A model generated the notes under the pieces. The model saw only the letters and a list, made by a program, of their open reading frames with translations, was not told the DNA's origin and searched no databases. Position numbers and translations under genes: made by a program. A stretch of 33,855 nucleotides of DNA from a bacterium. GTDB taxonomy: Bacteria > Bacteroidota > Ignavibacteria > Kapaibacteriales > UBA961. The stretch is taken from NCBI GenBank assembly GCA_022844575.1, contig JALHLL010000004.1, forward strand, positions 1 to 33,855, in the 5' to 3' direction. Positions 1-7,926 of the stretch are shown one piece after another. The stretch's first letter is position 1, and each line of letters starts with the position of its first letter.

Positions 1-230
1 TGAAATTCCTGTGCATGAACGCTACAAATCGTTATTACCGAGAACAAAACAACAAAAAGGTTTAGTTTCATATCTATAACCTGCATTTTAGTGAAGTTAG
101 TATAAACGCCGTCAACTTTATACGACGTGTGTACTCAAAGCTACGTGTAATGCAGTAAATGTGCAAAGGGTGCGATTGATTGTAGTAGGAATAGCCCGTA
201 GATTTTTCTTATAACAAGTAATTTCTTCTC

Positions 231-294
231 GTCATTCTGAGTGTAAGGTAGAATCTGTACAAGCAAATAGATTCTTCACTCCGTTCAGAATGAC
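231..294. repeat. Imperfect inverted repeat (hairpin): left arm 231..256 gtcattctgagtgtaaggtagaatct, right arm 269..294 agattcttcactccgttcagaatgac
   Basis: The reverse complement of 231..256 matches 269..294 at the outer 9 bp (gtcattctg/cagaatgac) and inner 7 bp (agaatct/agattct). The centre is mismatched. Read directly from the sequence. Confidence 0.8.
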
Positions 295-311
295 AGAGTT
301 TTGTGTTTGAT

Positions 312-412
312 ACCCCGTCAGACTTCGTCTGCCACCCCTTTGAAAAAGGGAATTTAATTCAATAATCAGAAAAATTCCCATCCACCGGAGGGGTGTCACG
401 AAGTGACGGGGT
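312..412. repeat. Nested inverted repeat: arms 312..339 and 389..412, with an inner 8-bp inverted repeat gggaattt (348..355) / aaattccc (372..379)
   Basis: Three complementary blocks: accccgtca (312..320) with tgacggggt (404..412), cttcgt (323..328) with acgaag (398..403), and cacccct (333..339) with aggggtg (389..395). There is also a small cccttt/aaaggg hairpin at 336..350. Confidence 0.75.
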
Positions 413-429
413 GGCTGTATTTATCCGCG

Positions 430-459
430 AAATAGATTCTTCACTCCGTTCAGAATGAC
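430..459. repeat. Exact 30-nt direct repeat of 265..294 (aaatagattcttcactccgttcagaatgac)
   Basis: Base-by-base identity between 265..294 and 430..459. Copy 2 could pair with 231..256 instead of copy 1. Confidence 0.9.
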
Positions 460-493
460 GACATGGATATTTCTTTCACATTATTACTATCTT

Positions 494-3442
494 CTACGGT
501 TTTTTCTCTTCCGGTTTTTCTTGCTTGGATGTAACACCTTTTTTCTTCTTTTTCTCTTTTGACGTAGGTATTATATCATCGAATCGTGGCATCATCGGTC
601 TTAATTGAGAGTCACTTTCCCATAAAGCCCAATCCGTTAACATTCTTTTCCAGAAATATGTTTTTTTCGAGGGAATTGATTTATATATTGCTTTACGAAT
701 ACTTTTCGGTTGTTGTTTATGAATGTTTATCAACGTTTCATACGATTCAATATCGTTCGTATCAACTAAATATATAACCGATGCCAATAAACGCCGAATA
801 TTATCTTCGGTTTTCGGTGAAAAAACTTCCCTAATAAATGATAATGGTAATACAGCATTTTTCCTTATACCCTGCACCGCACTATTACGTATCAGTTGTA
901 TTGTATCGTGTAAGGGTTGATGTAAATACCGTAGTGTTTTATCAGGAAATAATTGACCGATGGAGAAAACGGTACGCATTTTTACATGAGGGTGTTCTTC
1001 ACCCAGAAATTGCGCCAAACTATCCGCATATTCTTTTACGCCTATGTTTCCAAGTTGCTCGGCAGCCAATGCCCTTATCTGCCACCTATCGTGTGTACGA
1101 AATTGATTATATAAAATCGGCGCTGCTTCACGCAATTTTACCCTACCGACCATTGCAGCCGCCATTGAAAATTCATCTCTATCATCCGATTCCAAAGCAC
1201 TTAGCAACATTGTTCTTACCGTTACCGTATCTTTTGCATACATTTTAGGAATTATCTCTTGCAAAGCAAGTCTTTCCCGCGCCGATTCCGTACCGAATTG
1301 TTCACGAATAAATTGAACTGCTTCTTCACCCTTTTCAATAATCCTCTCTCGTGCCGGATTAACATTATATTGATACTTCTGGGGTGCTGCCGATGCCTGA
1401 ATAAATAAACTATCTAAAGAAAGTGCTAATGGGTCTTTTAATGAATCAGTCGGTGTAAGTAAAGGTTCAGTTTGTTGTTTTTTATAATCAAGCGTCATTG
1501 CCATATCCGCAAAAACACCATATGTTGATTTTGTTTGTACGGAATTATTACGTTCAGCCGAACCATAATAGTCATTACCTCCGGCATCAACAAAACATCC
1601 TATCATTCCATACGCTCTCCGAAAATCCGAGTATCCCATTGTATTATCCTGATTACGTGCTATATACGCATCATCACCACGCTCATCAAGAAAAAGTGAA
1701 ATGGCATTTGCATTCCCACCGCCTAATGATAAACCATCAACGGCATACCAATCATTGCCACGTTCATCGTATAATGCTCCGAATGCTATATCATGTCCGC
1801 AGCCCTGTGAAACTCCATGCGACACATATGCATCCTCGCCATTCTTATCCCACAGAATACCATGTGCAAAATGCACACCCGAACCCTGTGCATATTGATA
1901 CGATTGATAACGGTCATCACCATCTTCATCATACAATGCTCCCAAACCGAACCAATAGGCAGTACCTTGCCCGTAAATATCCGATATATAGGTGTCATTT
2001 CCTTTATAATCGGCTAATAGAGCAATACCCCCACTTGCTATCGGTCTTGACCCTAATGCCGCGCCCTGAGTAAATGTGGTAAAGTGTGTATCATACCGCA
2101 AAAAGTCTTGAAAAGGACTTGATGCTATATACATATCATTTCCCATTTTATCGGCTAATGCACCGAAACCCCGTACCCCGCCAAAACCTTGCCCATCCGA
2201 TTGCGCATTATAGACATCATTACCCATATCATCAATCAAAAGACCTACCCCGAACTGCCCTGCTCCCTGTGTAAAAATATTGCCTGCGTAGCGGTCATTC
2301 CCATTACCGTCATGGAGTATGCCTACACCGAATAATCCGGCACCTAAAGAGAAATTTCCTGCCGAATATGTATCATTTCCTTTTGCATCATACACAATAT
2401 CGGCTCCCATTATTGCACCGCCGAATGTATAGTTGCCTCCTATGTAAATATCATTCCCTTCTAAATCAATAATACTTCGTAAGGGGGAGGACATTGCCGA
2501 AGTCTTAGTCCTTGCTGAAGGAAAATATCGATCATTGCCGCCAATATCCACTATTAAAGCAAAGTCACCGGTATATATATCATCAGAAGGACCGCCGAGG
2601 GCTATTCTGCCATATTTCGTTTCAAATATTACTGTTTTATTTATACCCTTTTTATATTCAGGCATAAGCTCCACGCTCATGGCAACCAAACGAAGTACGG
2701 TTCTGTAATACGCTAATCCGGCTGCATATAATTCCGGCGAACGCTGCTCCGCCGCTTGAGCAAAGAACTTTTTGGATATTTCCAAACCCTCAATTTCTTG
2801 TTTTTTTAACTGATAAATGTTGAGGGACTGATCTTCTTCGGATTGCAATAACATCGAATCGCAATAACGGACAAGAATATCACGTCGAGCAAAGCGTTCA
2901 CGTGCTTCATTCAATGCTTCGGATGCTAAGAAAAAAGGCGCGCAATATTGGCGCATTAACATTGCACCTTCCAATGTAAGAGTTGAATCCAAACCTTTTT
3001 GCAATCGTTCATCAATCTCGCGGGCATTCATCAAGTTTTCATAATTGATGATTTTATATTCGCCAAGCTGCAATGTTTCGCACAAGGAAGCAAAGTAATC
3101 ATCGGCAGTTGCTGCCGTCATTTTTTTTAGAGCACTGGCATGATATTGTACCACATCGAATGAAGAAAGCGGCTCATCGAATAGATTTTTTATCATCTTT
3201 AATCGATGAGGATCATCACGCACGGCATCCCAAGGAATCCATATATCGGATTGCCTCATTTCCATCTCTTGGAGAGCTGTACCAATTATACGGATGGTGG
3301 AATCCGATAGTCCTTTTGTTTTCTGTTGTGAATAGAGAGGTACTGCCGCACTAAAGCATACAACCGTAATAAAAGCTGGTAACAGACAAGAAAGTGAACG
3401 CATACTCTTCCGAACAATGTCAACATGAATAATCTTATACAA
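494..3442 (-). CDS. Large secreted repeat protein: signal peptide, helical N-domain, 12 spaced D-x-x-G-N-D-x-Y repeats (RTX-like/beta-helix-like), C-terminal HEAT (PBS-lyase type) repeats and a Lys-rich tail
   Basis: 982-aa ORF. The N-terminus has a hydrophobic signal-like segment (MRSLSCLLPAFITVVCFSAAVPLYSQ; alternative start M14 at 3403). Repeats include GGNDRY, EGNDIY, KGNDTY, NGNDRY, MGNDVY, MGNDMY, KGNDTY, DGDDRY, NGEDAY, RGNDWY, RGDDAY and GGNDYY (aa ~285-646, nt 1505..2590). HEAT-like motifs include RWQIRALAAEQLGNIG (aa ~700-900). The tail reads KEKKKKKGVTSKQEKPEEKKP. Confidence 0.85.
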   Translation of the reverse strand: MYKIIHVDIVRKSMRSLSCLLPAFITVVCFSAAVPLYSQQKTKGLSDSTIRIIGTALQEMEMRQSDIWIPWDAVRDDPHRLKMIKNLFDEPLSSFDVVQYHASALKKMTAATADDYFASLCETLQLGEYKIINYENLMNAREIDERLQKGLDSTLTLEGAMLMRQYCAPFFLASEALNEARERFARRDILVRYCDSMLLQSEEDQSLNIYQLKKQEIEGLEISKKFFAQAAEQRSPELYAAGLAYYRTVLRLVAMSVELMPEYKKGINKTVIFETKYGRIALGGPSDDIYTGDFALIVDIGGNDRYFPSARTKTSAMSSPLRSIIDLEGNDIYIGGNYTFGGAIMGADIVYDAKGNDTYSAGNFSLGAGLFGVGILHDGNGNDRYAGNIFTQGAGQFGVGLLIDDMGNDVYNAQSDGQGFGGVRGFGALADKMGNDMYIASSPFQDFLRYDTHFTTFTQGAALGSRPIASGGIALLADYKGNDTYISDIYGQGTAYWFGLGALYDEDGDDRYQSYQYAQGSGVHFAHGILWDKNGEDAYVSHGVSQGCGHDIAFGALYDERGNDWYAVDGLSLGGGNANAISLFLDERGDDAYIARNQDNTMGYSDFRRAYGMIGCFVDAGGNDYYGSAERNNSVQTKSTYGVFADMAMTLDYKKQQTEPLLTPTDSLKDPLALSLDSLFIQASAAPQKYQYNVNPARERIIEKGEEAVQFIREQFGTESARERLALQEIIPKMYAKDTVTVRTMLLSALESDDRDEFSMAAAMVGRVKLREAAPILYNQFRTHDRWQIRALAAEQLGNIGVKEYADSLAQFLGEEHPHVKMRTVFSIGQLFPDKTLRYLHQPLHDTIQLIRNSAVQGIRKNAVLPLSFIREVFSPKTEDNIRRLLASVIYLVDTNDIESYETLINIHKQQPKSIRKAIYKSIPSKKTYFWKRMLTDWALWESDSQLRPMMPRFDDIIPTSKEKKKKKGVTSKQEKPEEKKP

Positions 3443-3505
3443 AGTTCGTAAAGTATGGAGAGTAATTACAAAAAAAATTCCTATGCCGTTTGAAAATCCG
3501 CTCTT

Positions 3506-4198
3506 TTATTGAATCACTTTATATGCCAGCGGTTCGGCTGTACTGTTTTCATCACCATATAGAATAATCGTATGAGCCGCACCATCTGCAAAGGATGATG
3601 CCGGAACGGTGAAATCTATTATTCCTTTTGTCCCATTTATACGCAGAGTAAGAGATGAACCGAAGGGTGCTTGTACATAGGATGAGAATGAACGGAAGCC
3701 AACACCCGAAACAATAGGTGAACCTGACGCAGAACTACCCACATATAATTCGGCATTACCGGTATTCATGCCCCCATGAACAAGCCGAACAATTATCTCC
3801 CCTTTCGGAAATAATGATGGGATATCTTGTAAAAGTATGCCGGACATTCGTATAACAGTATCCATCAAAAAAAATGAATAGTTAGAATTGGGTAATAAAT
3901 TCGCATTTATACCGTACACTGCTTTATCCGATGAATTTAATAATCGGAGATTACGCACTCCGCTCGGAATATTTGTATAATTCATCGGTAACACTGCATA
4001 TTCTATCTGCTTGATTGCACTTCTGTCATTTTGCAACAGATGCAGTACACCCGCGCCATGCGATACATTGATAACACGAATGGATGTTTGTAATGTCGGA
4101 TCTATTTCCTTTGTTGTATTATTATCGGTTGCACATGTGCAACACATCAAAAAAATTGATAAGAAAACAGGGATTATATAATGTGCTCTATATTTCAT
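3506..4198 (-). CDS. DUF4397-like lipoprotein
   Basis: 230-aa ORF with a signal/lipobox-like N-terminus (FLSIFLMCCTC). The pattern IRVINVSHGAGVLHLL...VRLVHGGMN resembles the DUF4397 repeat (family recalled from memory, not searched). Confidence 0.6.
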   Translation of the reverse strand: MKYRAHYIIPVFLSIFLMCCTCATDNNTTKEIDPTLQTSIRVINVSHGAGVLHLLQNDRSAIKQIEYAVLPMNYTNIPSGVRNLRLLNSSDKAVYGINANLLPNSNYSFFLMDTVIRMSGILLQDIPSLFPKGEIIVRLVHGGMNTGNAELYVGSSASGSPIVSGVGFRSFSSYVQAPFGSSLTLRINGTKGIIDFTVPASSFADGAAHTIILYGDENSTAEPLAYKVIQ

Positions 4199-4207
4199 AA
4201 TTCTTTC

Positions 4208-5428
4208 TTAAAATCGAATGGAAGCACCGGCGACAAAAGAATATTTCTCGGCGGAAAAATATACTGCTTGTACAGGATAATATAATCGGGAAAATTCCAA
4301 ACCCGCAAAAAGCGAAACACGAGTTTCCGGCAATAAACGCAATCCGCCTGCGAGTTTAACCAAAGGTCCGTTTTGCGCCCACCCGGCAAATCCCTGAGCA
4401 TACGGTGTTAGCCAACCGTCACCGATAGATAAGTCGGAAGCGGAAAAACGGTATGCAATTCCATACCAATATAAGGAGGGATTTTGACGATAAATAACGG
4501 TTTGATTGCCAAGTACTCGCGTAAATTCTTGAGAAAAAAGTTCTCTTCCTCCCTCAATTCCAAGCGAATGATCTTCCGATAGATCATAATGCAACCCTAT
4601 ACCGATATTATTTATATCAGGAATATTCTGATTCGGTAAATCTACACTCGGTAAGTAACGTGCAATAGGCATACTGCGAACAATAATCGAGAAGTTTTGA
4701 ATTTCCGAATTTTCTAATAATGTCGATAATGAATTATGCTTCGCCACTAAAGGGGCAGTATTGTTCTTTGCACTAAAGCGTATATCCGGTAATTGCGTTT
4801 GTGCATTGGAAATATAAATATCTGGAACAACTTCTTCTTTTATTTGTTCGGGAATATTATCATTTATTACGGTAGTATCCTCAACAATATTCGAATTTTG
4901 TGAAGGATTCGTTTCTCTTTCAATATGCCGATATACTATGTGGGGTATTTGCTGTTCATTTTTTTCTTTTTTAAATTCATCATACTGCTTGCCACTATTA
5001 CTAAGCACCGGTAATTCACCTTGTACAGCCCGATTATTCACTTCGGTTATTCGTTGCGGCGGTTTTGATGTATCATTATTATTCATAAAATAATACATAA
5101 TTCCAACACTTATTAAGGATGATAATAAAGCCGTATAAATAACCGGAATAAAAGGGAATTTCCCCATTGTAGGTTCCGTGTTGGTACTCACAATTACAGC
5201 TTCAGTACTCGGTAAGGGTATTCCCAATGTATCGAAAACAGAAGAAGTAATATCGGGAGGTACGGTTGTACTTGCCATATCACTATGGGCAAGTTTGTGT
5301 AAACGCATTTGTCCTTGAAATTCCGTTCTCAACTCACCATTACGTGACATTTCGGCAAAGAGTTCCGACTCCTCTTGTACCGATAAATCACCTTCTATAT
5401 AGGTATGTATTAGTTCTTGGTAGTTCAT
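4208..5428 (-). CDS. Putative anti-sigma factor: N-terminal anti-sigma-like helix domain, one TM helix, N/Q/E/P-rich linker and a C-terminal OM-beta-barrel-like domain
   Basis: Lies immediately downstream of the ECF sigma gene with a 7-nt gap, using M15 of the ORF (MNYQELIHTYIEGDLSVQEESELFAEM). The longer ORF start at 5470 would overlap the sigma gene. TM segment is FPFIPVIYTALLSSLISVGIMYYF. The C-terminal ~160 aa show an alternating beta pattern ending in ...SFVAGASIRF. Confidence 0.6.
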   Translation of the reverse strand: MNYQELIHTYIEGDLSVQEESELFAEMSRNGELRTEFQGQMRLHKLAHSDMASTTVPPDITSSVFDTLGIPLPSTEAVIVSTNTEPTMGKFPFIPVIYTALLSSLISVGIMYYFMNNNDTSKPPQRITEVNNRAVQGELPVLSNSGKQYDEFKKEKNEQQIPHIVYRHIERETNPSQNSNIVEDTTVINDNIPEQIKEEVVPDIYISNAQTQLPDIRFSAKNNTAPLVAKHNSLSTLLENSEIQNFSIIVRSMPIARYLPSVDLPNQNIPDINNIGIGLHYDLSEDHSLGIEGGRELFSQEFTRVLGNQTVIYRQNPSLYWYGIAYRFSASDLSIGDGWLTPYAQGFAGWAQNGPLVKLAGGLRLLPETRVSLFAGLEFSRLYYPVQAVYFSAEKYSFVAGASIRF

Positions 5429-5435
5429 GGTATTA

Positions 5436-6014
5436 TTACAAAGTGTCAAAATCGGAGAGAACGGGAGCAAGAATTTTCCTTATTTTTTCTTTTGCCCGCC
5501 ATACACGATTTTTTATTGTTGGTACGGTTGTTTGAGTTATGTCCGCAATTTCATCATAACTGAGGTCATGATACAATCTTAAAATAAATGCTTCCCTATA
5601 GTCAAAATCTAAATACTCCAATGCGGTATGAATTAAATTCAGTAATTCTTCTTGTTCATATCGTGGTGAACTTGTGGAAATAATATGATACTCTTCCAAA
5701 TCGACCGTATGTTTTTTATAGCGTTTATGATTAAGGCATAAATTTCTTGCTATCGTCATAAGATAGCCGCCGCAATTTATTATTTGTGTTGCGGATGTTT
5801 TTTCTTTTTCGGCTGTCTGAACAAATTTTACAAACATTTCCTGAAAAATATCTTTCGTTTCATCGCTGCTTCCCGTTACCTTAAAAATGTAAGCATATAA
5901 ACGCTGATGATAACGCCGATATATTTCGGTAAAGGCATTATTTTTTGCTTCCCCTCCTTTTTTAAGGAGATCAAATAGTTGAGCATCGGAATATGTTGTA
6001 ATATTCTGCTTCAT
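5436..6014 (-). CDS. ECF-type RNA polymerase sigma-70 family factor
   Basis: 192 aa. Region-2-like segment FTEIYRRYHQRLYAYIFKVTGSSDETKDIFQEMFVKF and region-4 HTH LSYDEIADITQTTVPTIKNRVWRAKEKI. Confidence 0.9.
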   Translation of the reverse strand: MKQNITTYSDAQLFDLLKKGGEAKNNAFTEIYRRYHQRLYAYIFKVTGSSDETKDIFQEMFVKFVQTAEKEKTSATQIINCGGYLMTIARNLCLNHKRYKKHTVDLEEYHIISTSSPRYEQEELLNLIHTALEYLDFDYREAFILRLYHDLSYDEIADITQTTVPTIKNRVWRAKEKIRKILAPVLSDFDTL

Positions 6015-6685
6015 TGCGCCGTAAAGCCCACTCCTACCGATACTGTGAATGTTCTGTTAAGTACTTGATCACTACCATCATATATTTCCGTTAAGCCATG
6101 CGTATATCGCGCATCAATAAGAAGCATGAAACCGTCTATATCAATTCCGAAACCACCTCCGAGACATGCTCCCGCTTCCGCGGGAATAAAATCATCAGTA
6201 TCTTCAGGGTTTTCATACACTACTTGGTCGGTTATCGGATTACGAAGTTGTTGTTTCATGGAATAATTTACCGCATATGCGCCGTACCCACCAAAGTAAA
6301 AATTACCGCGTAATGCGCCACGTGAAGGTGCCGTAAAGGAAAACAACAATGGTAGTTCGATATAATCGCTTTCAAAGATATAGTATGGACGAAAACCGTT
6401 TTTATAGTCATCGTCGTAGGCACTCATTCCCTTTTGAGTAAAAAGTAATTCGGGTCTGATAGCAAACCAAGGGGCAATGGCGAGTGATACTCCAAGTCCG
6501 CCACTTAACCCTATGCGGCGGTCTTTTTCTAATTTTTGTATATCGTTGTCTTTGAATGAAGTCATGTCTGAAGAAGCAAACCCGCCTTTAAGAAAAAAGT
6601 ATGAATATGAAGGTTCCCCTTTTTCGGTTTGCGCTTTTAACCATGTGCAAGTACAAAGCATAAGAACTATTATTAATTTCATCAT
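6011..6685 (-). CDS. Small outer-membrane beta-barrel protein (OMP_b-brl_2/PorT-like)
   Basis: 224 aa with signal peptide MMKLIIVLMLCTCTWLKAQ. Gly/aromatic-rich alternating strands. Its TGA stop overlaps the sigma ATG (ATGA at 6011..6014). Confidence 0.65.
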   Translation of the reverse strand: MMKLIIVLMLCTCTWLKAQTEKGEPSYSYFFLKGGFASSDMTSFKDNDIQKLEKDRRIGLSGGLGVSLAIAPWFAIRPELLFTQKGMSAYDDDYKNGFRPYYIFESDYIELPLLFSFTAPSRGALRGNFYFGGYGAYAVNYSMKQQLRNPITDQVVYENPEDTDDFIPAEAGACLGGGFGIDIDGFMLLIDARYTHGLTEIYDGSDQVLNRTFTVSVGVGFTAQ

Positions 6686-6706
6686 GGGTAATCTCTTCTT
6701 TCAGAA

Positions 6707-7810
6707 TTAATAAGTCCAATACGCCATTGCCACATTATTGCCCAGTAAAGTTATGGTACCCGAAGCTATGTCCACCACCCTAACTGATACATACCCTTTA
6801 GGGTCTATGTCATGATTATCTGATACTGTTATACTGATCTTTTTGCTATCGGGAGACCACTGCGGTAGGAACGCATAAAGTGCCGGCTGGGTTTGGTTAA
6901 AAAGTATTTTTTCATTCATTCCGTCAATATCACACACAATCAGTTGCGAGTTAATAAGGTCATCTCCGCGTTTTCCTCTGATATATGCTATACTTTTACC
7001 ATCGGGTGACCATTGCGGCTGACCTGCAGTTATTTCCGTTGAAGAGTATAATGTGCGTAATACTTGTTTGTTTGATACATTCACAGTGGCAATTTCGGTA
7101 TAATCATTAAGTGTTTCATTCCTTCGCATAAACACGATCTTCTGCCCATCGGGTGACCAACTAAGAAATGAACTGTTATCATGATACGCAGCTGCTTTTG
7201 TAGCTAGTATTTCTTTACCCGAACCATCCGTATTAACAATAGCAATTTCATCATTAAATGTATAATAAGCTACCTTTTTACCATCCGGAGAGAATGACGG
7301 TGTACTTTCCCGCTGTAAATCATCCGTTAATTGCTTCAGATTTGTACCATCTGTATTTACAATGGTAATAGCTGACGAATTCCCCGGTATCACTTTTTTT
7401 GAACTTAATATGCTTGTACCGTTTGGTGAAAGAACAGGATACCAGTCGGTATCTACATTTGGTATCACCTTAGCATCGGTTCCATCCGTATTTGCAATTA
7501 TCAACTGCACATTATTACTCTGGGCAATTTTGGTTGCCAATAAAATTTTTCCCTTACGAGGAGAGCTTGTAATATTGTATAAGGATGATATGATACCCAT
7601 TGTTGTACTAAACAAACGTTGCCCGCTGCCATCGGCATTACAGCTGAAAACATTCATATTATCTTCATCAATAAAGTAGTTATAAAACAACTCATTATTC
7701 GATGAATTATTATTTGGGTCCGTAGTATCGGTCGGTGTATCGGCGCACTGATTGCATGCACTGAATGAGATAAGAAGAAGAAGAAATAGTGTTTGAAGGA
7801 GTATTTTCAT
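6707..7810 (-). CDS. TolB-like PD40 beta-propeller lipoprotein
   Basis: Recurrent PD40 motifs: SPDGKKVAY, SPDGQKIVF, SPDGKSIAYI, SPDSKKISI, NTDGT/NADGSG. Likely start is MKILLQTLFLLLLISFSAC (lipobox) at 7810. The ORF extends to 7864. Confidence 0.8.
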   Translation of the reverse strand: MKILLQTLFLLLLISFSACNQCADTPTDTTDPNNNSSNNELFYNYFIDEDNMNVFSCNADGSGQRLFSTTMGIISSLYNITSSPRKGKILLATKIAQSNNVQLIIANTDGTDAKVIPNVDTDWYPVLSPNGTSILSSKKVIPGNSSAITIVNTDGTNLKQLTDDLQRESTPSFSPDGKKVAYYTFNDEIAIVNTDGSGKEILATKAAAYHDNSSFLSWSPDGQKIVFMRRNETLNDYTEIATVNVSNKQVLRTLYSSTEITAGQPQWSPDGKSIAYIRGKRGDDLINSQLIVCDIDGMNEKILFNQTQPALYAFLPQWSPDSKKISITVSDNHDIDPKGYVSVRVVDIASGTITLLGNNVAMAYWTY

Positions 7811-7926
7811 GATATTATCATAGTTATTGTTAAAATTATTCATTTTCCGATCGAACATGTGCACCTGTACGACCGTTCAAACCAATGACACATCATTTTA
7901 AAAGTAGTCTCACATTTTTGTTGAAC

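Noticed and set aside
1-230. Possible ncRNA, tRNA or gene end at the left edge (small inverted repeats gtataaa/tttatac near 109..132 and ctgcatt/aatgcag near 81..156; a 5-codon minus-strand start at 16..2)
   Set aside because: There are no tRNA-like conserved arms, the stems are short and AT-rich, and five codons cannot support a CDS. The evidence is insufficient.
231-459. Possible CRISPR array, because of the 30-nt exact direct repeat
   Set aside because: There are only two copies. The intervening ~135 nt is itself palindromic rather than spacer-like, and no cas genes are nearby. A REP/MITE-like interpretation fits better.
586-3354. Plus-strand ORFs (586..777, 723..920, 838..1248, 1498..2073, 1701..1898, 1817..2017, 2086..2274, 3073..3354) and minus-strand ORF 1786..1998, all inside the 982-aa gene
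   Set aside because: They are antisense or out-of-frame shadows of a long, well-supported CDS. Their translations are low-complexity (His/Pro/Tyr-rich from the reverse complement of the Gly/Asn/Asp repeats), with no motifs or start context.
5429-5470. N-terminal extension of the anti-sigma ORF; the same applies to 7811..7864, 22701..22793, 25852..25926, 32114..32284 and 32013..32204
   Set aside because: The extensions overlap neighbouring genes or a terminator hairpin, or precede an obvious signal peptide or family-typical N-terminus. Internal Met starts give compact, non-overlapping genes.
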